From Candidatus Bathyarchaeota archaeon (GTDB taxonomy: Archaea > Thermoproteota > Bathyarchaeia > Bathyarchaeales > Bathycorpusculaceae): a stretch of DNA of 64,000 nucleotides. The notes under the pieces are model-generated. The model was not told the DNA's origin. It did not search any database and saw only the letters and a list, made by a program, of their open reading frames with translations. The DNA is taken from contig CAWAKC010000001.1 of assembly GCA_963782525.1 (NCBI GenBank), forward strand, positions 320,001 to 384,000, read 5' to 3'. Both the position numbers and the translations under genes were made by a program. Shown here piece by piece: positions 1-9,593 of the stretch (its first letter is position 1; each line of letters opens with the position of its first letter).

Positions 1-345
1 TAGGTCTTACCTTTAAGGTGATTGTGTGAGACCGTTACAATCCTTGTGCTCCGGAAAAGGCATAGCAATCCATAAACAAACATAACTTTCCCTCTTTTTT
101 TGAATTGGAGAAATAATCGGGATATATCAGTAAAAAAAGAAGTCCCGCAAAGATCGAGAGTTTAGTGACCGAATCGATAACAAGAACGTGGTAGACGCAA
201 ACTATACAACCAACATTATTTTTTCCTCAAAAAAAGGGAAGCGTGAGATTTTGCCCACTTCATTCTTTCAGAATCCACAAAGATTACTTTTCTCACAGCA
301 GAATTTTTAGCAAAAAAAGGAGAAAGTGGCTGCGAAGAAACTATA

Positions 346-394
346 ATTGGCGATATCTCCCGCCGATCGGGGTTCGAATCCCACCCCTGCACCA
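346..394 (+). repeat. Degenerate tRNA 3'-end copy 1 (tRNA-Leu-like T-arm, acceptor 3' strand, CCA)
   Basis: ATTGGCGATATCTCCCGCCGATCGGGGTTCGAATCCCACCCCTGCACCA; no matching 5' half upstream. Confidence 0.75.
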
Positions 395-525
395 AAAAAA
401 GTAACCTGAAAACCGCTGCTAAACATTATTATTCAATAGTTTTTTAAGGCGACATAACAATAACCTGTCATTCACCGTAGGCATTTACCTATGGTTGGGA
501 GTTAAAGAATAGCCTTATCCAGGAC

Positions 526-1641
526 ATGAAAATCATGAATAAAAAATTGCTCTTAACTATTATTATTGCCTTTTTCCTTTTTTCAGTTGTAATAATTCCA
601 CAAATAGCCAATTGCCAAACAGCAACAACACAGTCAAGTATAACGCCAACACCAACGGGAGCAACCGAACAAGGAAGCTCTCTTAATTTATTACTCATGG
701 TTGGAATCATCGTTGCCGTGGTTGCAGTTATTGGAGCCGCATCTGCATTTATTGTTATGAAGAGAAGGGTGAATGAAAAAAGCCTGAGAAAAGTTTCTGC
801 CCGTGCCTTCGAAGAGTGGGTGATTAAAAGATTTAATGGAAAACCAAGCGATTTATCTTCGGGAGTAAATGGGTTTACACAAGGAGGTCAACCGCTTTTG
901 ATCATACAATCCGATCAGGTCAGTTTGGCTGAGGTTGAAGACTTTGTCAAAGTATTAGTAAAGGGAAGAGCACAAAAAGGCACAATATTGGCTTTAAATT
1001 TTGATAAAGATGCGATAGAAGGAAAAATAGCGGCCATGGATAATGGAATTGAACTTCAACTGTTACCCATAAATGAACTGTTGAATAAACGCTTCTCTAA
1101 GAGGATCGAAAGCCTTGCCCTTTCGCCAGTGACCTTTGAAGCTCCACTTACAGGTATTTCAGAAAACCCTCTGACAGAAACAAGATCATTTGAAAGAATG
1201 CCAAATATAACTCAAAATGAAGGTCTAAAACCACGAGTCTTTATATCAAATAGCAACACTAAGGTGGCTGATCAAGTGAAGAAAATGGTAGAGTTTCTTC
1301 ATTATGACTATGTTGTGGGTGACAAAAAAGAAACATCGGTGCCGATTTCTGATAGTAAATTTGGGTTAATGAAAGACTGCGATTGTGCGATAATAAATAT
1401 CGCTGCTGCTGAACAAGAGAGAAGGTACAGTGGACTTTACGTCCTTAATTCAAATGTCACTTCAGAGATCAATGCGGCTTATCTAAAATATAACACGCAA
1501 GTGGTTTTGCTGGTTGAGAGAAAAATAGACCTCCCCCCAAATCTTAAGGGTCTAAAAAGAATCGAATATGAAAGTGATGATCTATCGTTTAATGCTGCAA
1601 TGGATTTGGAGAAAATATTGGCTGACTTTAGAAAACTATAG
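526..1641 (+). CDS. Membrane-anchored protein with Mrr-like (degenerate) domain and C-terminal TIR-like domain
   Basis: Signal peptide, Thr-rich linker, TM helix followed by KRR; 'AFEEWV...GVNG...KGTILALNF' Mrr-like; 'RVFIS...DCAII...NVTSEI...LPPNLKGL.RIEY' TIR-like. Confidence 0.7.
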   Translation: MKIMNKKLLLTIIIAFFLFSVVIIPQIANCQTATTQSSITPTPTGATEQGSSLNLLLMVGIIVAVVAVIGAASAFIVMKRRVNEKSLRKVSARAFEEWVIKRFNGKPSDLSSGVNGFTQGGQPLLIIQSDQVSLAEVEDFVKVLVKGRAQKGTILALNFDKDAIEGKIAAMDNGIELQLLPINELLNKRFSKRIESLALSPVTFEAPLTGISENPLTETRSFERMPNITQNEGLKPRVFISNSNTKVADQVKKMVEFLHYDYVVGDKKETSVPISDSKFGLMKDCDCAIINIAAAEQERRYSGLYVLNSNVTSEINAAYLKYNTQVVLLVERKIDLPPNLKGLKRIEYESDDLSFNAAMDLEKILADFRKL

Positions 1642-1692
1642 GAGATTGGGTTCTCAAAGCCTGCTTTGAACCAAACGTATACACTGTTTTGA

Positions 1693-1722
1693 GGGGGTTA
1701 GAATCCCACCCCCCCTGCACCA
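1693..1722 (+). repeat. Degenerate tRNA 3'-end copy 2
   Basis: GGGGGTTAGAATCCCACCCCCCCTGCACCA. Confidence 0.7.
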
Positions 1723-1897
1723 ATTTAATTAAAAATAGCAAGCCCTTGGTTGGCAATGTTAGATAGTTATTTTTGCCTATCGTGTAAGATAACGATGGAT
1801 AAAAATAGAAGTTGGAACGATGAAATCATAGTAGTAACAGAATCTTTCGAAGGTCTGTTAAGTCTCTGTTTAACTTGGAGCAGGAACGTCGCCCAAA

Positions 1898-2119
1898 CTA
1901 TACTTCATTGTAGAGGTTGCAGGTTGGACACTTTAACACAACGTTCTTGAATTTTCCTTCGATGATAGTCTCGCCTACTTTTGCCCCACAATTGCCACAT
2001 AGATAATCAGTATTACCACCTTTGCTTTTTATTACTGGCAAGGTTTTAGATGCGAAAACAGTTTTGGTTCCCTTTTTGGGTTCGGGTATAGTTTTTAATT
2101 TTCTGTCCATTTTGTCCAC
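1898..2119 (-). CDS. Small zinc-ribbon protein
   Basis: 73 aa with CGNC and CPTC pairs. Confidence 0.65.
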   Translation of the reverse strand: MDKMDRKLKTIPEPKKGTKTVFASKTLPVIKSKGGNTDYLCGNCGAKVGETIIEGKFKNVVLKCPTCNLYNEV

Positions 2120-2231
2120 TTACTTCGGTTTTTATTGGTTTGACTTAGATTAAAAGTTTATTGCTTGCTGATTCTTTGCGCATAAATTTCCGCGAAAAAG
2201 AAAAAGGACATTACTAGGAAAAAATGAAAAG

Positions 2232-2281
2232 ATTGGCGACATCACCGCTATGTCGTGGTTGGAATCCCACCTCCTGCACCA
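2232..2281 (+). repeat. Degenerate tRNA 3'-end copy 3
   Basis: ATTGGCGACATCACCGCTATGTCGTGGTTGGAATCCCACCTCCTGCACCA; shares the ATTGGCGAYATC leader with copy 1. Confidence 0.7.
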
Positions 2282-2448
2282 TAATCTAACCCTACTTCAT
2301 TTTCACTACAGAAATTATAAAGCCAAAAATGAAAATCAAAAAAGAAGCATTAGATCGGGTATCTGTTCTATAGGTCACCTTTCTAAATCAAACAAGGTGA
2401 GGCTTGTTTGGTTGGTGGTAACAATGGCTTTTGAATTTAACGCCAAGC

Positions 2449-3582
2449 TTATCGGTTTTCGATTGAAACAAATGAACGGTTGAATTCACCAACGTACTTT
2501 GATTCTGGACGCAAAAGAACAGCATCTTCATACTGTTCAATTATATTGGCTACCCAACCAGTAATTCTGCTTGAAGCAAAAAATGAAGTGAAATACTCTT
2601 TTGGCACTCCTAAAGCATCCATCGTAACAGCAGCATAAAAATCAACGTTGGGATAAATTTTCTTCCTTCTGTAAACTATTTCTTCAATCTTGATACATTT
2701 ATTATACAAGCCTAATGTTCTGTCACGATGGCAAAGGTCTTCCACCATACCTCTCAAATGTTTAGTTCTAGGGTCTTGTGCCCTGTATATCCTGTGACCA
2801 AAACCCATAATCTTTTGCTGGTCATCTAACAACCCGTGGATGTATTCTTCCACTTCTTCGTCAAGTTTAATGTCATCAAGCATCTCCATCACTTTCTCAC
2901 TAGCTCCACCATGCAATGGTCCTTTGAGTGTCCCAATGGCTGCAGTCACAGCTGAATACATGTCTGAATTAGTGCTTGCTGTTACGCGGGCAGCAAAGGT
3001 GGAAGCATTAAATCCATGATCAATATGAAGAGTCATGTAACGATGTAAAACTGTGGTTTCTTTCTCGTTTGGTTCAGCACCTTTAAACATGTACAAGAAG
3101 TTTTGGGCAAAGCTGAATTCCGGCTTAGATTCGGGAACACTCTGGTTAAGGCGGCTTCTGTGGATAGTAGCCACTATTACTGGAACTTGGGCTATTAGGC
3201 GTGTAGCTCTTCTCATGTTTGCGGCATCAGAGAAGTCGTCGCCGTCAGGATCGTATTCGCCAAGATGAGAAACTTCAGTTCGTAAAATATCCACCGGATG
3301 ACAATGTTTAGGGGAACGTATGATACTTTCAACTATTGGAGCTGGAAGTTTCATGTCAGAAACAAGCTCAGTTTGATAAATCTCTAGTTCTTTCTGGTTT
3401 GGGAGTCTCTTATGAACTAGAAGGAAAGCCATTTCTGTATAAGTAACTCGTCCAACAAGATCATCGATGTTATACCCTAAATAGTAAAGAGCTCCATTAT
3501 AATCCACGTAGCTGATTCGGGTTTCAGCTGCAGCAACATCTTTCAGTCCGCGAACAACGACTCTCTCAGAGTTAATAGTCAT
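2449..3582 (-). CDS. gltA: Citrate synthase / 2-methylcitrate synthase family
   Basis: DHGFNASTF, GPLHGGA, MGFGHRIY, PNVDFY motifs. Confidence 0.9.
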   Translation of the reverse strand: MTINSERVVVRGLKDVAAAETRISYVDYNGALYYLGYNIDDLVGRVTYTEMAFLLVHKRLPNQKELEIYQTELVSDMKLPAPIVESIIRSPKHCHPVDILRTEVSHLGEYDPDGDDFSDAANMRRATRLIAQVPVIVATIHRSRLNQSVPESKPEFSFAQNFLYMFKGAEPNEKETTVLHRYMTLHIDHGFNASTFAARVTASTNSDMYSAVTAAIGTLKGPLHGGASEKVMEMLDDIKLDEEVEEYIHGLLDDQQKIMGFGHRIYRAQDPRTKHLRGMVEDLCHRDRTLGLYNKCIKIEEIVYRRKKIYPNVDFYAAVTMDALGVPKEYFTSFFASSRITGWVANIIEQYEDAVLLRPESKYVGEFNRSFVSIENR

Positions 3583-3827
3583 ACAAATTCATCCTTACGT
3601 ATTTTAGCACATGTACCTTTACGAAAAAAGTAGAAAGCTAACAAATCCATTTCTATTGGAAAAGTGATTATTCCACCTTTTACCTAAACACACGGTCTCC
3701 CTTACCACTATCGACTATTAAACCCTTGGTTGACTAAGAAACAAAAAAAGCGTAATAGGGTACTACGCCGTCGCTTAGGAAAAGACGACCCCTAAAGCGA
3801 AATAATACAAAAGAAAATTTTCAGCTT

Positions 3828-4253
3828 CTAAGCGAAGCTAACAAATTTTTTCGGTTGATTACTCGTTGCAAAAGTCCAGAAGTGCGCTGTGCATTTGATG
3901 ATTTTAAGGAGTATCAGCCCTGGGTTTTCTGGTGTTAGTCCTGCCTGCTTTAGGAATGGTCGGGCGTCAAGAAGCTTCTTTTTCATTTCTATATCTTCAA
4001 GGAATTCAACTGTGCCTGTTACCCTCATTTGCTGCATTTCTTTGCTTTTAGGATTAAAGAAGCATACTTCAACCTTAGGATTTGCTTTCAACTGCTTGTA
4101 GATATCTTTTCCAGCGGCAGAGCTGTAATATAGACCTGACTTGTCAGCGTACCAAAGTTGAAATCCTCTCACCCGAGGTTGTCCATCATCTACAGTTGCT
4201 AAGAAGCCTATTGGATTTTCATTTGCAAACTTGATATATTCATCAAAATCCAT
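3828..4253 (-). CDS. Pyridoxamine 5'-phosphate oxidase-like FMN-binding protein
   Basis: FLATVDDGQPRVR...KDIYKQLKANPKVEVCF. Confidence 0.85.
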   Translation of the reverse strand: MDFDEYIKFANENPIGFLATVDDGQPRVRGFQLWYADKSGLYYSSAAGKDIYKQLKANPKVEVCFFNPKSKEMQQMRVTGTVEFLEDIEMKKKLLDARPFLKQAGLTPENPGLILLKIIKCTAHFWTFATSNQPKKFVSFA

Positions 4254-4368
4254 CTAAATCACAAAATCTACTATTTCACCCCAATAGTAATAACTTTTGG
4301 TTTACCATAAAACCAGACCTTTATTGCTTTATCAATCGCCATTAGCAAAGCACATAATATAACCCAAA

Positions 4369-4429
4369 TGAATGAGAGGTATGCGGGAGACATCTCCATT
4401 CTCAGAGGTTCGAATCTCACTCTCATTCA
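4369..4429 (+). repeat. Divergent tRNA-like copy 4, closed by a 10-bp perfect stem
   Basis: TGAATGAGAG...GAGACATCTCC...GGTTCGAATCTCA...CTCTCATTCA. Confidence 0.5.
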
Positions 4430-4576
4430 ACATCGTAAAAATTACTTTTTGCACCCTCTAATTAAAAGAAGAAGAAAATGCTGCCCCACAACACTTCTTC
4501 TTTCAATTATGGAAGCATAACCAAGGAGAACACTTGGAAACTATAATTGATGATAGACGCTTACCAGCAGGACGGT

Positions 4577-4767
4577 AGAAGTTGTTGTTGTTGCTGCTGC
4601 TGCAACTGCATTCTGCAGACCGGTTGCAACAACAATCAAAGACAAACCCAAATTGCCAAGCTTACCCTTACTGAAACACAAGTCAAACCCATAGAAGATA
4701 ATGATGCTAATGATGATGCAAACCAATTTTGCACACAACATTATCATCAGTCAAAACTAAACTCAAT
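4577..4767 (+). repeat. Pair of hairpin repeat units (A then B), candidate structured ncRNA
   Basis: Both units recur inverted at ~42745-42940; stems TTGTTGTTGC/GCAACAACAA and TGCAAA/TTTGCA. Confidence 0.65.
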
Positions 4768-4783
4768 CTTTGATCCAAAAAAA

Positions 4784-5704
4784 TCATGCTTTATCTTGCA
4801 ACGTCGAGCAAATTAATTTGTTCACTTCGGTAACAGCCTTAATTGACACTTCCAGCATGTCGTCACTTGGTTCTTTGGTGGTTAAATGTTGAAATGCCAA
4901 TCCAGGTGCGACTAGAACTTTTGTGATGGGGGAATCTTTGTATTTGCCACTTAACCGCAGGAGCTCGTAGCTGATTCCAGCGATGACGGGGATTAGGAGA
5001 ATGCGGTAGGCAAAGTTGACTAGGAAGCCGAGATTTGGCATTATTGTGAAAAGGACGATGCTGATTATCAGCACAATGAAGAGAAAACTGGTGCCGCATC
5101 GGGGATGCAGACGTGAATATCCTTTTACGTGTTCAACGTCCATGAGGGCGCCTGCTTCATGTGCATGGATAGCCTTGTGTTCCGCACCATGATACATCAG
5201 CACCCGTTTGTATTGACCCCACAGCGAGAGAATAGACAAATAACCAACAAACATGGATAAGCGAATTACAGCCTCAACCACATTGAAGACGACACCCTTA
5301 AGGTCCAACCAAGTTGAAAGCAAGAAAGGAACCAAAAAGAAAACAGCCATTATGCCTGCGACGCCACCTACGAGCAGAGCGATTTCTCCCACGCCAAACT
5401 CTAATTTTTCCGATTCTTTGCCCTCTTCACCCTCAATTTCAAACGCTGTGGAAGCCGAAAACATCATGGTCTTAACGCCCACGATTAAGCTTTCAACCAT
5501 ATTCACCACGCCCCTAAAAATTGGCCACCCCAAAATCCTGTGTTTTTCAGAGTAGGGCGTGATTTGTTTGATGTCTGTTACTATTTCATTTTTGGGGTTT
5601 CTGACGCAGGCTACCACATGTTTTCGGGAGCGTATCATTACTCCTTCGATTAATGCTTGTCCACCAAATGCAAGGGACGGTTCTTTCCTTAAATTTTCTG
5701 ACAT
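4784..5704 (-). CDS. DUF1385 family membrane protein
   Basis: GGQALIEGVM, YHGAEHK, HPRCGTSF, TTKEP motifs. Confidence 0.9.
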   Translation of the reverse strand: MSENLRKEPSLAFGGQALIEGVMIRSRKHVVACVRNPKNEIVTDIKQITPYSEKHRILGWPIFRGVVNMVESLIVGVKTMMFSASTAFEIEGEEGKESEKLEFGVGEIALLVGGVAGIMAVFFLVPFLLSTWLDLKGVVFNVVEAVIRLSMFVGYLSILSLWGQYKRVLMYHGAEHKAIHAHEAGALMDVEHVKGYSRLHPRCGTSFLFIVLIISIVLFTIMPNLGFLVNFAYRILLIPVIAGISYELLRLSGKYKDSPITKVLVAPGLAFQHLTTKEPSDDMLEVSIKAVTEVNKLICSTLQDKA

Positions 5705-5883
5705 GCCCTATTATCCACACGGCGTTGTTACTGATTATAACCTGGCATGTGTTTGCATATAAATACCGCTCAATAAAGGGGCAACACATCTGGAAACGAA
5801 CTCGAGCAATCATAGATTCTGCACTTTAGAAGAGGAAGCTATCTCTGAACCGCTAGAAACCGTCAGTGAACTTGACAGGCAAC

Positions 5884-6624
5884 TTAATTTTTCCTCGTTA
5901 GGCGTGGAACGAAGCGGGGCGTGGTGTGTTTGTATTCGAGGAATTCTTCGCCGTATTTTGCTTCAGACTCTTTCTCTTCGATTTTTGCTAGACGCCAATA
6001 CAGTAATGCTAAGACGGGCCAGAGTGCGGTTGTGATGATTGTTAACCATTGAATATTCAGGCCGCCAGTGATAAGCAGGAACCCTATGTATTGTGGGTTG
6101 CGAGTATACTTGTAGAGCCCTGTTTTAACGAGTTTACCTTTTGCCTCGTAGATTTGGTACCAACCAAAGACTACCAAGAGGATTCCAAAGCCGATTACAA
6201 ATTTTGATAATGGAAAAACATAGTAATGGTAGACATTGTAGAACGCGGTTTGTCCTATTACCTGGGTGAGGAGAAATTCAATGCTGAAGATTTTAATGTA
6301 GCCAAAGGCGCCCATGAAGAAATACATCGTTAACGGTATGCCATACATTTCAGCAAATAAAGCTACGATGAAAGCTACGTAGACGCTGTTTGGTAAGCGG
6401 TTGAGTTTTTTTCTAAAAGATGAGAGTAAAAAGAACACGCTGAACAGCACGATGTTCATGCCAACAAACATCCAATTTCCGTAGCCAACTGAGGTAAAAG
6501 TAAAGTAATACATGAAAACAGCGACGACAAAAGTGACAACAAAGACCAGCGCTACCCATTTAATTTTGCCCTTTGTTTCTGCATTTAGTTGATCAAAATT
6601 TAAGGATTTCATTACAATAATCAC
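5884..6624 (-). CDS. Isoprenylcysteine carboxyl methyltransferase / PEMT family membrane protein
   Basis: ALFAEMYG, LVKTGLYKYTRNPQY, EEK...YGEEF..Y...TPRF. Confidence 0.85.
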   Translation of the reverse strand: MIIVMKSLNFDQLNAETKGKIKWVALVFVVTFVVAVFMYYFTFTSVGYGNWMFVGMNIVLFSVFFLLSSFRKKLNRLPNSVYVAFIVALFAEMYGIPLTMYFFMGAFGYIKIFSIEFLLTQVIGQTAFYNVYHYYVFPLSKFVIGFGILLVVFGWYQIYEAKGKLVKTGLYKYTRNPQYIGFLLITGGLNIQWLTIITTALWPVLALLYWRLAKIEEKESEAKYGEEFLEYKHTTPRFVPRLTRKN

Positions 6625-6722
6625 CTAAAAATCAAAGGACATTTAACGTTTGCTATTAAACCTTAAAAACCCAATTTTTCGAAAACCTTGCAGATTAAAA
6701 AAAGAAAAGAAGATTGTTTGTT

Positions 6723-9593
6723 TTATGGTCGTTTTCTAAGTATCAGAATTCCAACGATTGCAATGGCGATTATTATGGCGATTACTCCTGCCGTTATGTA
6801 TGTCATCAGGTCTGTTGTTGTTACTGCTAATGGCTGAGAAGTTGATGTTGGAGCTGTTGTCAGTGCAGAGTTAATCGTGAAGGCAGATTCAGAGTATGAT
6901 GATCCGTAAGATTCCGATCCTACAAATCTAGCGATGACTTGGTATGTACCCAATCCAGCAGCAAGCATATCTTGGCTTACTTGGAAGTTGTAAAAGCCGT
7001 TGGAGTTAGTGGTGGTTGTGCCGAGGTTGATGATGTTGCCGTTGGGGTCTATAGCATCGATTTTGACTGGAACTCCTGTTAAGTTGCTTGGCAAGCCTTG
7101 CTGCTCATATAGGTATTCCATAAACGCTTCTTGGCTATCATCCGATACTGCTGCCACCCCATTTTTGAGGCCGAATTCAGATGCGTATGCTAACGCTCCT
7201 GGAGATTGGTCGGTGACTGTACCTGTTATTGTGAAGCTGTTGCCCTGTGTTATGCCGTTTTGTGGTGCGGAAACGGTGGTTGCGCTGGGTCCTTTGCCGA
7301 TGCAATAGACTAAGTTGTCATATTGACTTGCAGAAACGAGGTAGCCGTCAGCTATGCCCATACTCATGACGAAATCGGCTAGTTTCCAGATTAGTGTTCC
7401 ATCAGTAATGTTGATGCAGCGGACGTAGGATTGACGCCAAAGTGGGTTGGTGGGTGAGTGTTCAGTTGAGTAGGTATAGATCATACCATCACAGACTGCG
7501 CCGATACTCAGAGGCATGTTGTTTCCGTATGAGCCTTCAAACCTGTACGGGGCTGAAGAAGCATCATATGTCCAAAGGAATTGTCCTGTGGTTGCTTCAT
7601 AGGCGTCGATAGTTCCGGAATATTGAGAGGTGACAATTACTATACCGTAGTAGACGCCAACACTCTGACCGTAGTAGTCAAATTGGTTGGTTTCTGTCAT
7701 CGCTGGCGTTGGTCCCCAAAGTGCGTTTCCAGTCGATAATTGATATGCCCAAAGCTGTCCGGTTTGTGCGCATCTTATGAAGAAGATGTCGCTGCCATAG
7801 TCAACTCCCGTGACGGACCAGGTGTAGTTTCTGCCAGGCAATGGAACGGTAATGTTCTTGTTGTAATTCAGCGTAAGCGTGTAGCCAAGGTTAGTGTTTA
7901 CAGATGAGTCTAGTGTAGGCCAAGGACTATTCGCTGTTGCATGTTCGTTTATGTTTAGAAGGCATAAACCAATTAAATCGCCGCAAGTAGATCCGCCTAT
8001 GCTAGTGTATGTGGTGGTCACTGATGAGCCAAATATCTGCTTTGGAACGCGTTGAGCGTCTTGCACTATTTGCATGGATCCTGTAACTGTAGTTCCAGGC
8101 GCACCTGCTGAAGAAGCGGCGGGCAGAGCCTTGAATTCGTCACTGGTTATGTTCATAGTATATCCTGAGTGCGGTGTCTTCAATGCTGTTTGCAGAAGTG
8201 GATCGAAGCTTGCGCCCCATGTAGTACTAGCGTTTACCCATGCTGTGTCGTTGACGGCGTCAATTACTGCTCCGAGTGCTGGACGGAAAACTTGGGCTCC
8301 ACTTGATGTTGCTCCGCCTGGATAGATGGCTTTGCTTGAGTTCCAGCAGAGGAATTGGCCTTTGGCTGAGTTGTAGCTGTACACTAGTAGGCTTCCATCT
8401 TGGTCGGTTGCCGATGTGCCTGAGGGAACATTTTTCAGAGTCAATATTACGTTTCCAGTAGTTGAGTCAAGCATGTACCATGTTGATTGGGAAGTAGTGA
8501 AGGTTGTAGCTGCTTGAGCCTGCATCCAGAGAAATGAGGCTATTCCCTGACCATTAACTGAGCTATAGTGATATAATTGGCCGCATGTTAAGATGTAGAA
8601 TTGTTCAGCATAAGAAGGAGCAGTGGATGCGCTGCTGGGTTGTGTGATTGAAAAGGGGTTGTTTATGCCGTTGTCAGTTCCGTTCTTGTACCATAATTTT
8701 TGTCCACTGTACAGATCCATGGCGTAGTATCCATATTTGTTACTTTGTTCAGTTATCGGCGGGTTGTAATAGATAATTCCATTCATGATTATAGCTCCAC
8801 GCCATGCGCTTTCGTAGTCATTGATGTTGTTTGATATACCGGGCCAGCTTCCATCAGCGATGCCGCCAGGATAACCTCTGCTTTCGGGTGCATTTGCCAT
8901 TATGGGTTCTGCCCAAAGTACGTGTGCACTTTTTGGTCCTGTTCCCCATCTTTGGAAGTTATTAGTTAGCCATGTGCCCTGAAGCCAGTTGCTGGCAAGC
9001 GATGACCATTGTCTGTTTTGGCCGTTTACCGGAATTGTCCAGTAGTCTGTTGGAAGTGGAGGTTCAGGCCAAGTTGGGATTGGATCAGCCTGTACAATTA
9101 GAGAAGTCGGTCCGCTAGTGGCGCCAAGGAAGATATCCCCAATACGTGCTGAGGAATAAGTAGCCTCGCTTGAAGTTACAGTTCCGCCTGGCCAGCTAAA
9201 CCACATTGTATAGTTACCGACTTCAGTTGGGGTAAATGTTTTAAAGTCACTGGCAACTGCACTAGAACATTTCCATGGTCCTATCGTTGTGTTTGTTCCG
9301 TCTGGCTTCTGAATTGTGATTAAGAAGCCATCCCAAGTTTGTCCATTTTCACCGCCTGATGTTGGAGAATATCGGTCGAGAAAAACGACTATTGTCGCTG
9401 TTTGGTTAACTCCAACTACTCCGGGTGCCACTGTAATATATGCGTTGGTTGGAACTTTCTCTGGAGGATTACTTGCGTCAGTCGTTGGTGTCAGGATTGT
9501 TGAAGACGCCATTAAAAGTATAAAGAATATTGCGATCGTCATAGCTACAATTTTATTCTTTTGTGTTTTCATTTTTTCATTTCCTTTATTCAA
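6723..9593 (-). CDS. Large PQQ-like beta-propeller cell-surface protein
   Basis: Signal peptide, repeated 'xD..TG..LW' motifs, 'CIGKGPSATTV', C-terminal TM followed by RKRP. Confidence 0.85.
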   Translation of the reverse strand: MNKGNEKMKTQKNKIVAMTIAIFFILLMASSTILTPTTDASNPPEKVPTNAYITVAPGVVGVNQTATIVVFLDRYSPTSGGENGQTWDGFLITIQKPDGTNTTIGPWKCSSAVASDFKTFTPTEVGNYTMWFSWPGGTVTSSEATYSSARIGDIFLGATSGPTSLIVQADPIPTWPEPPLPTDYWTIPVNGQNRQWSSLASNWLQGTWLTNNFQRWGTGPKSAHVLWAEPIMANAPESRGYPGGIADGSWPGISNNINDYESAWRGAIIMNGIIYYNPPITEQSNKYGYYAMDLYSGQKLWYKNGTDNGINNPFSITQPSSASTAPSYAEQFYILTCGQLYHYSSVNGQGIASFLWMQAQAATTFTTSQSTWYMLDSTTGNVILTLKNVPSGTSATDQDGSLLVYSYNSAKGQFLCWNSSKAIYPGGATSSGAQVFRPALGAVIDAVNDTAWVNASTTWGASFDPLLQTALKTPHSGYTMNITSDEFKALPAASSAGAPGTTVTGSMQIVQDAQRVPKQIFGSSVTTTYTSIGGSTCGDLIGLCLLNINEHATANSPWPTLDSSVNTNLGYTLTLNYNKNITVPLPGRNYTWSVTGVDYGSDIFFIRCAQTGQLWAYQLSTGNALWGPTPAMTETNQFDYYGQSVGVYYGIVIVTSQYSGTIDAYEATTGQFLWTYDASSAPYRFEGSYGNNMPLSIGAVCDGMIYTYSTEHSPTNPLWRQSYVRCINITDGTLIWKLADFVMSMGIADGYLVSASQYDNLVYCIGKGPSATTVSAPQNGITQGNSFTITGTVTDQSPGALAYASEFGLKNGVAAVSDDSQEAFMEYLYEQQGLPSNLTGVPVKIDAIDPNGNIINLGTTTTNSNGFYNFQVSQDMLAAGLGTYQVIARFVGSESYGSSYSESAFTINSALTTAPTSTSQPLAVTTTDLMTYITAGVIAIIIAIAIVGILILRKRP

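Noticed and set aside
320-394. Intact or split tRNA gene
   Set aside because: No acceptor 5' strand, D-arm or canonical anticodon loop; T-stems are damaged in all copies, which fits att-like remnants.
4541-4816. Poly-Cys ORF (RSCCCCCCCNC) and the related ORFs at 42701-42963 as metallothioneins
   Set aside because: Cys runs come from TGT/TGC trinucleotide stems; unit order is swapped and a 1-nt indel breaks frame between copies, so non-coding structure fits better.
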